DNA of 64,000 nucleotides from Anaeromyxobacteraceae bacterium (GTDB lineage: Bacteria; Myxococcota; Myxococcia; Myxococcales; Anaeromyxobacteraceae), in the NCBI GenBank assembly GCA_032654565.1, contig JAULAX010000018.1, positions 128,001 to 192,000 on the forward strand, written 5' to 3'. The translations under genes were made by a program, and so were the position numbers. The notes below the pieces were generated by a model. The model was not told where the DNA came from, made no database searches, and saw only the letters and a program-made list of their open reading frames with translations. This document shows positions 1 to 9,351 of this stretch, piece by piece. Positions within the stretch are counted from its first letter, which is position 1; each line of letters starts with the position of its first letter.

Positions 1-1
1 A

Positions 2-367
2 GTCGCCGTGGCCGTCAAGGAGATGACCGATTCGACTATGAGCGCCGCCTTGATTCGCCAGAGACTCCAAGAGGCTGAGGCCCCAGAAGCCTCGTTGGCC
101 CTGCTCAAGAGAGATGGCAAGAGTTGGACCGTGCTCAGCAGGTTGGTTACCTACCGATTCACAGGGGACGGATACCCAATTAGCATCGGCAATGGACGTG
201 AGAAATCGTTCTTCGCTTCCGGCACGGCGGCAGATCGCGAAGAGTTGCAGGCGCACTTCGAGAGGTTGGTCACAGATCGGGAATCGCCCCTCGTCCTGAA
301 CGTGATCCTTAGGCTTCGAGAAGCTGGCCGGTCATCCAACGTTGCTCGTAAGTCCGACTCGAAGTGA
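2..367 (+). CDS. 3' part of a hypothetical protein (frame open from window start), island cargo
   Basis: Open frame to TGA at 365-367; visibly lower GC than host genes; no recognisable motif. Confidence 0.5.
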   Translation, partial: VAVAVKEMTDSTMSAALIRQRLQEAEAPEASLALLKRDGKSWTVLSRLVTYRFTGDGYPISIGNGREKSFFASGTAADREELQAHFERLVTDRESPLVLNVILRLREAGRSSNVARKSDSK

Positions 368-497
368 TGTGTTGACTGCCGACCCGACGGGAGTACGGCC
401 TCCTGAACCCAAGACGATATTAGCTGCCAGCAGGAGTGAAACGTCACGCCCCAGGCGCATCAGGAGCGGTTTAACTCTCGGGGGAAGGCAAATTCTG

Positions 498-1919
498 TTA
501 GCGGTACCGCCACCTGTGCTGGCGGACCTCCTTGTCAAGTGCTGCCTTCGCAGCCTTGAAGGCGTCCAAGTCGGCTCCAAAGAGACCAGCCTTGAACGGC
601 GGCCAGGCCGCTCCCTGCTCGTTCAGTTCAGCATCGGTTGTCTCGGCCAATGTGGCGCCTCGAGTGTCCCCGTCGTGCCATAGAAACCGGCCGTAGTGCG
701 GGTACACATCAGCTACGAGCGTCGCGGCGAGTGCATTTAGGTACTCGAACCTAGAGAACAGTTCTTCGCACCGTGCCTCGGACACCCGAGGCAAACGGAT
801 TAGCGCAGGTTTCACGGCGTCGAGAACGCGGTCATTTTGCGGAGTTTTGAGCACCTGGCCGTCCGTCCGCGGCACCTGGAGCGGGCCATCCAAGGCGTAC
901 CCCGGCGACAGAATCCCCAGCGCAGGCGAACGCATTCGGGCCGGGTCCTTCACTCGAATGGCGTGAAGTTTCGCCAGCAGCGTGAGATTGCCTTTGGCAA
1001 GCGAAGCAATCCCCGCCGCATAGAACGCGAGCACGGCTGGGTACACGCGGAGCTGATTGAGGTGGGTAAAACCGTTGCGGACCTCGTTCATCCCTGCGAG
1101 TTGTTCGATGGTCGCGAGCAACGACTCATAATGTTCGTCCTTGCCGAAGTAGCCAATTTCAGCAGAGATGCCGACGAGATCGGCCGATGCTTCTTCGACC
1201 CGACTGACGAGGGCGAGGTAGTCGGTGTCTGGAATGTTGCTTTGGGCGAGGATGGAAGTGGCAACTTCTGAGGGTGCGCGGAGCGCGTTGCTGAGCAATT
1301 CCTCGAATTGATAGCTGCTCTCCTGGAGGTACTGCCGCAATAACCGCATCGACGCGGGCGGGGGGTGACCCCCGTTGGCTTCGGCTACCGCCGGCGCAGC
1401 CTGCTTTTCCTGACCCTGAGGCACTCCGCGAATCCAGCCAGGGCGTGGGTGCGTCTGGATGGCCCTCATGAGCGCAACGGTAACCTTTGCAGCAAGGTCG
1501 TCCGGATTGGTCCATGTGTTGCGAATCCGCCCGTTGCTCACTTTGTTGCGGAACGCGTCGAGCTTCCTTCTCGCGTCGTCATTCTTGTCTGTCTTACCTA
1601 CCGGGATGCTGTCTGGGTCGCCATGCACGAACGAGAGCACAGGGATGCGCTGTGAGACCGCGTAGTCGAACTCCTGCTCCGTGTAGCTCAGACGGTCTTC
1701 GCCGAGAGAGCCGTATCTCCCAGCCACCAGAACCACGTAGTAGTCGCATCGATCAATCGCGCGCTGAATCACGCTCCACTGCGAAGCATCTTCCGCAGGA
1801 AAGAGCTCCATCCCGGCAGGAAAACAGTCAGCCTTGAGGACTGCTCGGATAACCTTGGCGCGCTCCTCCTCAAGATCTACAAAGGTGGAGCTGATGAAGA
1901 CCTCGTACCTCCTGTCCAT
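498..1919 (-). CDS. DUF4062 domain protein with helical C-terminal domain (473 aa)
   Basis: N-terminus MDRRYEVFISSTFVDLEEER...PAGMELFP...IDRCDYYVVLVAGRYGS...SYTEQEFDYA matches DUF4062; ATG at 1917-1919 preceded by GGGAGAG. Confidence 0.85.
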   Translation of the reverse strand: MDRRYEVFISSTFVDLEEERAKVIRAVLKADCFPAGMELFPAEDASQWSVIQRAIDRCDYYVVLVAGRYGSLGEDRLSYTEQEFDYAVSQRIPVLSFVHGDPDSIPVGKTDKNDDARRKLDAFRNKVSNGRIRNTWTNPDDLAAKVTVALMRAIQTHPRPGWIRGVPQGQEKQAAPAVAEANGGHPPPASMRLLRQYLQESSYQFEELLSNALRAPSEVATSILAQSNIPDTDYLALVSRVEEASADLVGISAEIGYFGKDEHYESLLATIEQLAGMNEVRNGFTHLNQLRVYPAVLAFYAAGIASLAKGNLTLLAKLHAIRVKDPARMRSPALGILSPGYALDGPLQVPRTDGQVLKTPQNDRVLDAVKPALIRLPRVSEARCEELFSRFEYLNALAATLVADVYPHYGRFLWHDGDTRGATLAETTDAELNEQGAAWPPFKAGLFGADLDAFKAAKAALDKEVRQHRWRYR

Positions 1920-2053
1920 GAACTCTCCCGAGTGGCGCGCCTGAGTTGTGTTCAGTGGTTCGCTGCCCGTTAAGCTGTAGTGTCGGTTATCCGAAGCATT
2001 GGACCCCGGGTTTTCAGAAGCATGCCCCCGCGGGTCCGGCGGCGTGACGTGAT

Positions 2054-2836
2054 CTACTTGCCGCTCTTGGCCTCGCTCTGTCCAGTCTTTCGGCCGGGCT
2101 TGAGGCGTGTCCGGTACGACTCGCCCTCCATGACGAGGTCGTAGGCGTTCGAGGTGAAGCGGTCGATGGCGGCGTGGGCGCGCGCCGGGTCGGCGAAGGT
2201 GGCGAGCCATTCGTCGGGGCCGCGGTTGGAGGTGATGATCATCGAGCCGGCGCGGTGGCGCTCGAAGATGATCTCGTGCGCATCGCGGCTCTCCTGGACG
2301 TCCATGGCGTCCAGGCCGAAGTCGTCGATGATGAGCAGGTCGACGGCGAGCAGCGCGCGCAGCTCTCGCTCGTGGGTCTGGGTGAGGCGAGCGTGCTTGA
2401 GGGTCTTCAGCATGGCGTCGGCGCTGACGGCCACGACCGAGTGGCCGCGGCGGCAGGCGACGTGGCCGAGCGCGTGGGCGAGGAAAGTCTTGCCGACGCC
2501 GACGCTGCCGACGATGGCGACGTGGTTGTGGGCTTCGAGGAATCGCAGCGAGGCGAGCTCGTTGAGCAGCGCGCGGTCGTACTGGACCTTGGACGTGCTG
2601 TCCCACCGCTCCAGCTGCGCCTCCATGTCGAGGTGGCCACGCTGCGCCCGGATGGTGGCGGCCTGGCCATCGCGCCGCGAGGCCTCGTCGCCGAGGGCGA
2701 GCAGCAGCAGGTCCTGGTGCGGCATCTTCTGCTGGCGCGCGAGGGTGAGCCGCTCCGGCAGAGTGTCGAGCATTCGGGAGAGCTTGAGCCGCTTCAGCAC
2801 GGTCTTCAGATCGGGCGAGATGACGTCAGGGGTCAC
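2054..2836 (-). CDS. istB: IS21 helper ATPase IstB
   Basis: Walker A GSVGVGKT, Walker B LLIIDDFG, IITSNR, AIDRF, GESYR. Confidence 0.95.
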   Translation of the reverse strand: MTPDVISPDLKTVLKRLKLSRMLDTLPERLTLARQQKMPHQDLLLLALGDEASRRDGQAATIRAQRGHLDMEAQLERWDSTSKVQYDRALLNELASLRFLEAHNHVAIVGSVGVGKTFLAHALGHVACRRGHSVVAVSADAMLKTLKHARLTQTHERELRALLAVDLLIIDDFGLDAMDVQESRDAHEIIFERHRAGSMIITSNRGPDEWLATFADPARAHAAIDRFTSNAYDLVMEGESYRTRLKPGRKTGQSEAKSGK

Positions 2837-4409
2837 GGTCTTCTCCTTCGATGGGCCGCTCGCGAGATGCGAGCGGCAGGGCGTACTGGCTCGGCGGCCG
2901 AAGGTAGCGGGCCAGCGGGATCACGTTGGTGGGCCGTGGCGCGAGGCGCGTGTCGAGCCGGATGAGCTTGTCGAGGCGGGTCACGTCGACCATGCCGGCG
3001 GCCAGCGCGGTCAGGCAGCCGGCGTCGACGCGCGCGCCGCCGAAGCGCTCGGCGAGCCCGATGAGCCGGTGGACCTGGCGCATCTTCATCCACGGCGCCG
3101 GCCCGGCAAGCAGCGCCTCGGCGTACTTGCTGACGTGCTCGCCGTGGCCGGCCGCCTTGCGGATCCAGAAGGCCCCGTCCCGCTGCGCCGTGGCCAGCGA
3201 CTCGGCCGGGAAGTCGGCCGGGTCGATCGAGCGCTGGCCGGGTCCGACGCGGGGATGCGTTTTCACGAGCTGGCCGTGGAACCAGAAGCGGACCAGCTGC
3301 CGGTCGGCACGGGCGCGCAGGTACTTACGGCGGTAGTCGAGCGGGAGCGAGTAGAGGCCCTTGGCCACCTGCGCGAACTGGTCGGGTGCGACCTTGGGAT
3401 CGCACCAGACCGGCACATCGTATGGCGCCGAGGGCGGCGCCAGCAGCGCCGGCTTCTCCACGGCCTCGAAGTGCTCGAGCGGCAGCCTCAGCGTCGTCGA
3501 GTGGCGCCGGCAGCCGTACTCGCTCGCGCACCAGCCCAAGGCCCGCTCCCGCGCCGCCTCGATGGAGTGGAGCCGCTCGCCGCCGAAGCAGTCGTCGCGT
3601 ACGGTCTGGACCGAGCGTTCGACGCGCGGCTTGTCCTTCGGGTGGCGCACCCGCGTGGTGTCGATGACGAAGCCACGCGCCTGCGAGTACTCCAGGAAGG
3701 TCTCGTTCAGCTTCGGCTCGAGCGCATCAGCCGTCGTGACGATGGTCTTTGTGTTGTCGACGACGATGACCTTGAAGATCCCGCCGAAGAATTCCCAGGC
3801 CGCCTCGCACGCCTCGATGGCGGTCACGGTGGTCTCGTGCAGCACCGGGTAGACGAAGCGATGGCGAGAAAGCCCGGACGTGAAGATCCAGGCACGGAAG
3901 CGGCGGCGGCGCCCGAGCAGGTCGGGCTCCAGCATCGTCATCCAGCCGGTGTCGACCTGGACCTCCGCGCCCGGCTCGCCGTCGGCGACCGGCACGGATG
4001 GCGGCAAGTGGCCGAAGCCGAGCTGCTCCAGCGCGAACCGGCGCAGCGTCTGGTAGCTGACGTTGACGCCCTCCCGGCCCAGCAGCTTGCGAACCTTGGT
4101 GAGCCGGACGCCGTGGTCGATGTGCTTCTCGATGAACGAGCGCCGGGCCTCGCAGGTCGCCCAACCGTCCCCGCGAGGGCGGCCGGTCGCCGGCTGCGTC
4201 GCGGTGAGCACGGCCGCCACCAACTCGTCGGTGAGCGCTGCGGCGCCATGCGCCTGCTCCACCCCGCACGCCTTCGCGGCGGCCAGGTACCGGCGCACCG
4301 TCTTCACATCGAGGCCGAGTTGCTGGGCGATGCGCCGCTTCGGCACGCCACCCAGCCACTGCCTCAGGATCTCTTTGACCTCCAGCACCGTGACCTCGCG
4401 AAACGCCAT
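2826..4409 (-). CDS. istA: IS21 DDE transposase IstA
   Basis: N-terminal HTH, EVQVDTG, VVDNTK, PKDKPRVERSV; overlaps istB. Confidence 0.95.
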   Translation of the reverse strand: MAFREVTVLEVKEILRQWLGGVPKRRIAQQLGLDVKTVRRYLAAAKACGVEQAHGAAALTDELVAAVLTATQPATGRPRGDGWATCEARRSFIEKHIDHGVRLTKVRKLLGREGVNVSYQTLRRFALEQLGFGHLPPSVPVADGEPGAEVQVDTGWMTMLEPDLLGRRRRFRAWIFTSGLSRHRFVYPVLHETTVTAIEACEAAWEFFGGIFKVIVVDNTKTIVTTADALEPKLNETFLEYSQARGFVIDTTRVRHPKDKPRVERSVQTVRDDCFGGERLHSIEAARERALGWCASEYGCRRHSTTLRLPLEHFEAVEKPALLAPPSAPYDVPVWCDPKVAPDQFAQVAKGLYSLPLDYRRKYLRARADRQLVRFWFHGQLVKTHPRVGPGQRSIDPADFPAESLATAQRDGAFWIRKAAGHGEHVSKYAEALLAGPAPWMKMRQVHRLIGLAERFGGARVDAGCLTALAAGMVDVTRLDKLIRLDTRLAPRPTNVIPLARYLRPPSQYALPLASRERPIEGEDRDP

Positions 4410-4608
4410 CGCCGCCTCCGTCCGTGGACGGCGGCATCGTGGCTGCTAGGTCACGCCAACGGGGAGGGAATACTTCTGGAAATCCCTCACGCCCAGGGGG
4501 GAATGCTTCTGAAAATCTCACGCGCCCGGGGTCCCTACCTTCTGGAAACCGACATGTAGCAGCCACGCCCCCACAGTCAAGGCGGGAAGTTTGTGCGCGG
4601 CACCGCGA

Positions 4609-4792
4609 TCAGCGGACGGAAGCCGGCAACGACGCCGGTGAGCCAAACGTGCCAAACTGTTCGTCTAGGGTTCCCTGACTCACCCGAATCGAGTTTAGGA
4701 CTCGAACGTGCGGTAGCCTTCGCTCGCTGCATAGGCGGTAGACCGTCGCCCGGCAGACTCCCAGCTGCTCGGCCACCTGCTTCACGGTAAGT
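4609..4792 (-). pseudogene. Excisionase-like HTH (HTH_17/AlpA type), 5' part displaced by IS66
   Basis: LTVKQVAEQLGVCRATVYRLCSERRLPHVRV; removing IS66 restores DRLLTVKQVAEQLG. Confidence 0.8.
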
Positions 4793-4868
4793 GTAACCGG
4801 CCGGGGAACCACGTCTAGCGAGGGCGACCGACCGGCCTGATGCTCCTCCGTTCACGACGGAGGAAGAC

Positions 4869-5255
4869 ATGGCCGACCAGGACAAGTTGCGTTGGACGAA
4901 GCTCGTCGCCGACTTCGAGACATGCGACCTGACGCAGTGCGAGTTTGCAGCGGAGCGGGGGATCTCCTTCAGCACCCTCCGGCACTGGATCTACAAGTTG
5001 CGCAAGGACTCCCGGCCGCTGGTGACGGAGGCGGCCAGTTCTCCTGGTCAAGCCCCCGAGCAGGTCATCGTGAAACAGGGCTCGCGTCTCGTACCGGTGC
5101 GGGTGGTAGGGTCCGCGACGAAGTCGCGGACGGGGGCCAGGGCGAGCGGCGAGGCCGAGAGTTTGCTGGAGTTGGTCTTCCCGTCCGGCGCGCTGCTGCG
5201 GTTTCCAGCCGGCACGGACCTCCGGTACTTGCAGGCCCTGGCTGCGGCCTTGTAG
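4869..5255 (+). CDS. tnpA: IS66 accessory protein TnpA
   Basis: HTH LTQCEFAAERGISFSTLRHW, C-terminal LELVFPSGALLRF; first ORF of the IS66. Confidence 0.85.
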   Translation: MADQDKLRWTKLVADFETCDLTQCEFAAERGISFSTLRHWIYKLRKDSRPLVTEAASSPGQAPEQVIVKQGSRLVPVRVVGSATKSRTGARASGEAESLLELVFPSGALLRFPAGTDLRYLQALAAAL

Positions 5256-5258
5256 CCC

Positions 5259-5657
5259 GTGCTCACCATCCCGAGGTCGGTCCGCATCTTCATCGGCTCG
5301 ACGCCGATCGACATGCGCAAGTCGATCGATGGCCTCATGTCGATCGTGCAGGAGGAGCTGGAGGAGAATGCATACTCGGGCCACCTCTTCGTCTTCGTGT
5401 CGCGGCGGTGCGACCGGGTGAAGATCCTCACCTGGGACAAGGGCGGCTTCGTACTCGTCTACAAGCGGCTCGAGCGTGGCCAGTTCAAGCTGCCGCACAT
5501 GGACGCGTCCACGATGGCCGTCGAGATCGACGCGACGCAGCTGACGATGCTGCTCGACGGGATCGACTTCGGGCGCGTCCGCCGGCCAGAGCACTGGAAG
5601 CCGCCCCAGGCTGACCATCCGAGCGGCCGTCCCATGGACAAACAGCCTCCAACATGA
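5259..5657 (+). CDS. tnpB: IS66 accessory protein TnpB (Orf2; not the RuvC TnpB)
   Basis: DMRKSIDGL, LFVFVSRR, KILTWDKGGF, YKRLERGQF. Confidence 0.95.
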   Translation: MLTIPRSVRIFIGSTPIDMRKSIDGLMSIVQEELEENAYSGHLFVFVSRRCDRVKILTWDKGGFVLVYKRLERGQFKLPHMDASTMAVEIDATQLTMLLDGIDFGRVRRPEHWKPPQADHPSGRPMDKQPPT

Positions 5658-5668
5658 TCTGACGATCG

Positions 5669-7237
5669 TTGATGGGTGACCGCGATCACCGATGCGAGTG
5701 GCGTGAACGGGCCGAGCAGCTCGAAGGCAAGCTTGGCTACGCCGGTCGCGCGCTGGATGCTGCCGAGAAGATCATCGCCACGCAGACCGAGGCGCTGCGG
5801 GCCAAAGACGAGGTCTTGGCGAAGCAAGGCGAGCAGTTCGCCTCTATCCAGGCCACCGTCGAGAAGCTGCAGCGACACGTCTTCGGCAAGCGCTCCGAGA
5901 AGATCCCGCCGCTGGCCACCGCGCTGCGCGACCCGGCCCGCGCGGAGTCCGAGCGGATCGCGGCCCTGCAGACTCGCCGGGAGAACGCCGAGAAGAAGCG
6001 CCAGCTCGTCACCCGACGTATCGAGCACAAGGTCCGCGAGGATCAGAAGACCTGCCCCAAGTGCGGCGGCCACGACTTCACCAAGCTGGGCGAAGGCGCG
6101 GTGAGCGAGCTCTACGAACTCATCCCGGCCATCGTCGAGCGGCAGCTGCACATCCAGGAGAAGCTGCGCTGCAAGTGTGGCGAGACCGTCATCACCGCCG
6201 ACGGCCCGGACAAGGTCTTCGACAAGGCCCGCGTCGGCCCGACCTTCATGGCCCAGGTGGCCGTCTCGAAGTGTGCCGACGCGCTGCCGCTGCACCGCCA
6301 GGCCAAGGCCTATCGGCGCGTCGGCGTGCAGGTGAACGACTCGGTGCTGGGCGACTACTTCCACCGCACCGCCGAGATCACGAAGCCGATCTCCGACCGG
6401 CTCCTCGACGTGGTGTCCGAGAAGGAGATCGTCCTGGCCGACGAGACCTCGCATCGCGTCCAGGCCAAGGGGAAGACGCGCCGCGCCTGGATCTGGAGCT
6501 TCATCGGGCGCGACGAGGCCGACAGGGAGCTGATCGCCTACGTCTTCTCGGCGAGCCGCTCCAGCGAGACGCCGGAGCGGGTGTTGGAGGGCACCGCCGG
6601 CAAGCTCGTGGCCGACGCCTACAAGGGCTACGACCGCGTCACTACGCAAGGCAAGCGCGTCCGCGCCGGCTGCCTCGCGCACGTCCGAAGGAAGTTCTTC
6701 GACGCCCAGTCGGTCGCGCCCGACGCCGCGAAGCGTGGCATGGACTTCATCCTCGACGTCTACCGCATCGAGCGTGCGGCGCTCGACACCGACGTCCTCG
6801 GCACGGCCGAGCACCTGGCGATGCGCCAGACGTCGAGCCGGGCCGTCATGGAGAACTTCAAGGCCTGGCTCGACGCCGAGAAGGGGCGCCACCCGCCCAA
6901 AGGACCAATAGGCGAGGCCATCAACTACGCCCTCAACCAGTGGGACGAGCTGACGCTGTTCCTCACCGACCAGCACCTGCCGATCGACAACAATGCCTCG
7001 GAGCGCGCCCTCCGCGTCGCCGCACTTGGACGAAAGAACTTCCTCTTTGTCGGAACCAACGAGGCCGGCGAAAACCTCGCCGGCCTCTACTCGCTGATCG
7101 CCACCTGCGAGGCCAACGACGTCAACCCGGTCGACTACCTGGCCGACGTGCTCCTCCGCGTGCAGACCCACCCCGCCTCGCGGATCGACGAACTGCTGCC
7201 GCACAACTGGAGCCCCGTCGAGCTAAACAGTTCGTGA
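5669..7237 (+). CDS. tnpC: IS66 transposase TnpC
   Basis: FGKRSEK, CPKCG zinc ribbon, LADET, VADAYKGY, CLAHVRRKF, IDNNASERALR, LLPHNW. Confidence 0.95.
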   Translation: MMGDRDHRCEWRERAEQLEGKLGYAGRALDAAEKIIATQTEALRAKDEVLAKQGEQFASIQATVEKLQRHVFGKRSEKIPPLATALRDPARAESERIAALQTRRENAEKKRQLVTRRIEHKVREDQKTCPKCGGHDFTKLGEGAVSELYELIPAIVERQLHIQEKLRCKCGETVITADGPDKVFDKARVGPTFMAQVAVSKCADALPLHRQAKAYRRVGVQVNDSVLGDYFHRTAEITKPISDRLLDVVSEKEIVLADETSHRVQAKGKTRRAWIWSFIGRDEADRELIAYVFSASRSSETPERVLEGTAGKLVADAYKGYDRVTTQGKRVRAGCLAHVRRKFFDAQSVAPDAAKRGMDFILDVYRIERAALDTDVLGTAEHLAMRQTSSRAVMENFKAWLDAEKGRHPPKGPIGEAINYALNQWDELTLFLTDQHLPIDNNASERALRVAALGRKNFLFVGTNEAGENLAGLYSLIATCEANDVNPVDYLADVLLRVQTHPASRIDELLPHNWSPVELNSS

Positions 7238-7258
7238 TTGGACGGTAATGAGCCGAAG

Positions 7259-7567
7259 CTAATCACCGTAGAACTTCACGTACAGATGGACCTCAGATGC
7301 GCACCGTCCGAAGAGGCCATCGATGCGTTGGAGCAGCGCCAATGCGCCTGGCTCGCGGCACGCCTCAATAAGCCGCTGCCATTCGCACCTCGCCTTCGCT
7401 GCCTGAACTCGGTTGAACACGGTGTCGCCGTACCAGTCGATCGTTGTGACCCACTGATAGGAGGTATCCTCGGGTGACGGAAGCACCCGGTGCAGCAAGT
7501 TGCCCGGGTCGTAAACGGTATCGAGGGCCGTGCCGTCCTCTTGCTCCAGCACCACGCTGAGTCCCAC
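7259..7567 (-). CDS. Small hypothetical passenger protein (102 aa)
   Basis: AGGAGG RBS then GTG; IDWYGDTVFN and HLYVKFYGD motifs; lies inside the IS66 right IR. Confidence 0.7.
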   Translation of the reverse strand: MGLSVVLEQEDGTALDTVYDPGNLLHRVLPSPEDTSYQWVTTIDWYGDTVFNRVQAAKARCEWQRLIEACREPGALALLQRIDGLFGRCASEVHLYVKFYGD

Positions 7568-7679
7568 CGTGACTCCTCCTTGCACCTGGTGGTGCGGGCC
7601 AAGTCTACGTCAAGACGTCGGTGGCCGGCCGGTTACGGTAAGTAGCCGATCTGATCCCTGACTGGCACCCTCCACCGGA

Positions 7680-7701
7680 CCGGGTAGCAACCGGGTAACA
7701 A
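7680..7701. repeat. 11-bp tandem repeat, candidate integrase arm-binding sites
   Basis: CCGGGTAGCAA CCGGGTAACAA, about 130 bp from the att core once IS3 is removed. Confidence 0.5.
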
Positions 7702-7786
7702 GCGCCGTGCGCTTTGTTGCAGATCGTGGGCGACCGTGCTCGGAGGTGGTTGGAGCGGCCTGAGGGATTCCGCGACCTTGCGCGGC

Positions 7787-9307
7787 CGGAACCTGTCAAC
7801 ACGAATGAGACAACCTGCTGCTGAGATTACTGACGCACTTCCTCTGTCGGTGAAATCTGCTGCGGCTTGTTGATCCAGACCTCGGTGGGCACGGCGCCGG
7901 CCGACGGGGCGCCGGCGGGGAACCGCTCGGGCCGATCGGCGAAGGCGGCCGCCAGGACCGCGCTGCGGGCCTCCAGGCGGGCGCCGGCGAGGCCGTGGTG
8001 GACGTCGTGGGGCGTGAGGAGGCCGAGGCCACCGTGGCGGTGCTCGTTGTTGTACCAGCCGAAGAAGTCGACGCAGTGGGCCCGGCCGTGCTCGATGGCG
8101 CCGAAGCGCTCCGGGAAGTCGGGCCGGTACTTCATGGTCTTGAACTGAGACTCGGAGAACGGGTTGTCGTTCGAGACGTGGGGCCGCGAGTGGCTCTTGG
8201 TGACGCCCAGGTCCGCGAGCATGAGCGCGACGGGCTTAGAGCGCATCGAGGTGCCGCGGTCGGCGTGGACCGTGAGCTGGTCGCGCTGGATGCCCTGGCG
8301 CTCACAGGTCTCGCGGATGAGCCGCTCGGCGAGCGCGGCGGTCTCGCGGTGCGCGAGCATCCAGCCGACCACGTACCTGCTGTAGACGTCGAGGATCACG
8401 TACAGGTGGAATTAGGTCCACTTCCGAGGGCCGAGCAGCTTGGTGATGTCCCAGCTCCAGAGCTGGTTCGGCCCGGTGGCCAGCAGCTCGGGTGCCGTGT
8501 AGGCCGGGTGGCGCAGCTGGTCGCGGCGCTCGCGAACCTCCGCGTTCTCAGCCAGGACGCGGTACATCGTGCGCTCCGAGCAGAGGTAGCGCCCCTCGTC
8601 GAGCAGCGTCGCGTGGACCTCGGCCGGCGCGAGGTCGGCGAAGCGCGGCTCGTTCAGCACGTCGAGCACGGCGCGCTTCTCGGTGGCGTCCAAGGCGCGA
8701 TGGGAGGTCCGCTTCGCCCGCGGCCGTGGCGGCCTGAGGCGACGGTAGTAGGTAGCCTTGGGGAGCCCCACGGCCGCACAGGCCGCGGCGAAGCCGAGGC
8801 GCGGGCCAAGCTCGGTGACGGCCTGCATCACCGCTCCTCGTCGGGCTTCGGGAGTTGGATCCCCAGCAGCTCCGAGACTTTTTTTGGAGCTCAACGAGCC
8901 CTTCCGCACGCTCCGCGCGCCGCTGCAGGCGGGCGTTGTCACGCTGCAGCTCGACGACCTTGCGCTCGAGCGGGTGCGGAACCTTCGCCGCCGGCCCGCG
9001 CTTCCTGGGGGTCAGCCCGGCCAAGGCTCCGCTGTCGCGGGCCCGCCGCCACTCGACCAGGTGGGACGAATACAGGCCCTCTCGCCGCAGCAAGGCGCCG
9101 ATCTCGCCGGCCTTGGTGCAGGCATCGGCCTCGGCAAGCACCTTCCGCTTGAACTCGGCGGTGAACTGCCGCCTCCGGGGCTTCGCGGTCACTTCGGTCT
9201 CCTGCCCAACCAAACCCATCTCTGCGGTGCTCACGTGGAAGTCCAAGCTCGCCCTTCTACACTAAACTCCGTGGGGGTCGTTGTCTCACTCACGTTGGCA
9301 GAGAGGG
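7787..9307 (-). mobile_element. IS3-family element, inactivated
   Basis: IR cores TGTCAACACGAATGAGACAA (from 7794) and TGCCAACGTGAGTGAGACAA (reverse complement, ending 9300); extending each by 7 bp gives a GGC duplication (7784-7786, 9308-9310) whose removal restores the interrupted frame. Confidence 0.85.
7827..9246 (-). pseudogene. IS3-family transposase OrfA/OrfB, disrupted
   Basis: OrfA RRQFTAEFKRKVL; OrfB NQLWSWDIT, LDVYSRYVVGW, HADRG, NDNPFSESQFKTMK; in-frame TAA at 8412-8414; A7 run at 8879-8885. Confidence 0.9.
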
Positions 9308-9351
9308 GGCCGTGTCGCCTGGTACACCGCCGTGCAAACCGCGTCCGAGAT

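Larger units (their letters stand above)
1981..4554 (-). mobile_element. IS21-family insertion sequence
   Basis: Ends TGTCGGTTATCCGAAG and (reverse complement) TGTCGGTTTCCAGAAG; 5-bp duplication TGTAG at 1976-1980 and 4555-4559; repeated subterminal CTTCTG(G/A)AA motifs; istA and istB. Confidence 0.95.
4793..7636 (+). mobile_element. IS66-family element with passenger ORF
   Basis: IRs GTAACCGGCCGGGGAACCACGTCT and GTAACCGGCCGGCCACCGACGTCT (20/24 identical); GGTAAGT duplicated at 4786-4792 and 7637-7643; tnpA/B/C. Confidence 0.92.

Noticed and set aside
1920..2606. N-terminal extension of the 702-aa ORF 498..2606
   Set aside because: Alternate-frame read-through of istB and the IS end; DUF4062 similarity starts at ATG 1919.
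5259..5657. RNA-guided TnpB nuclease
   Set aside because: This is the 132-aa IS66 Orf2; it has no RuvC or zinc-finger motifs.
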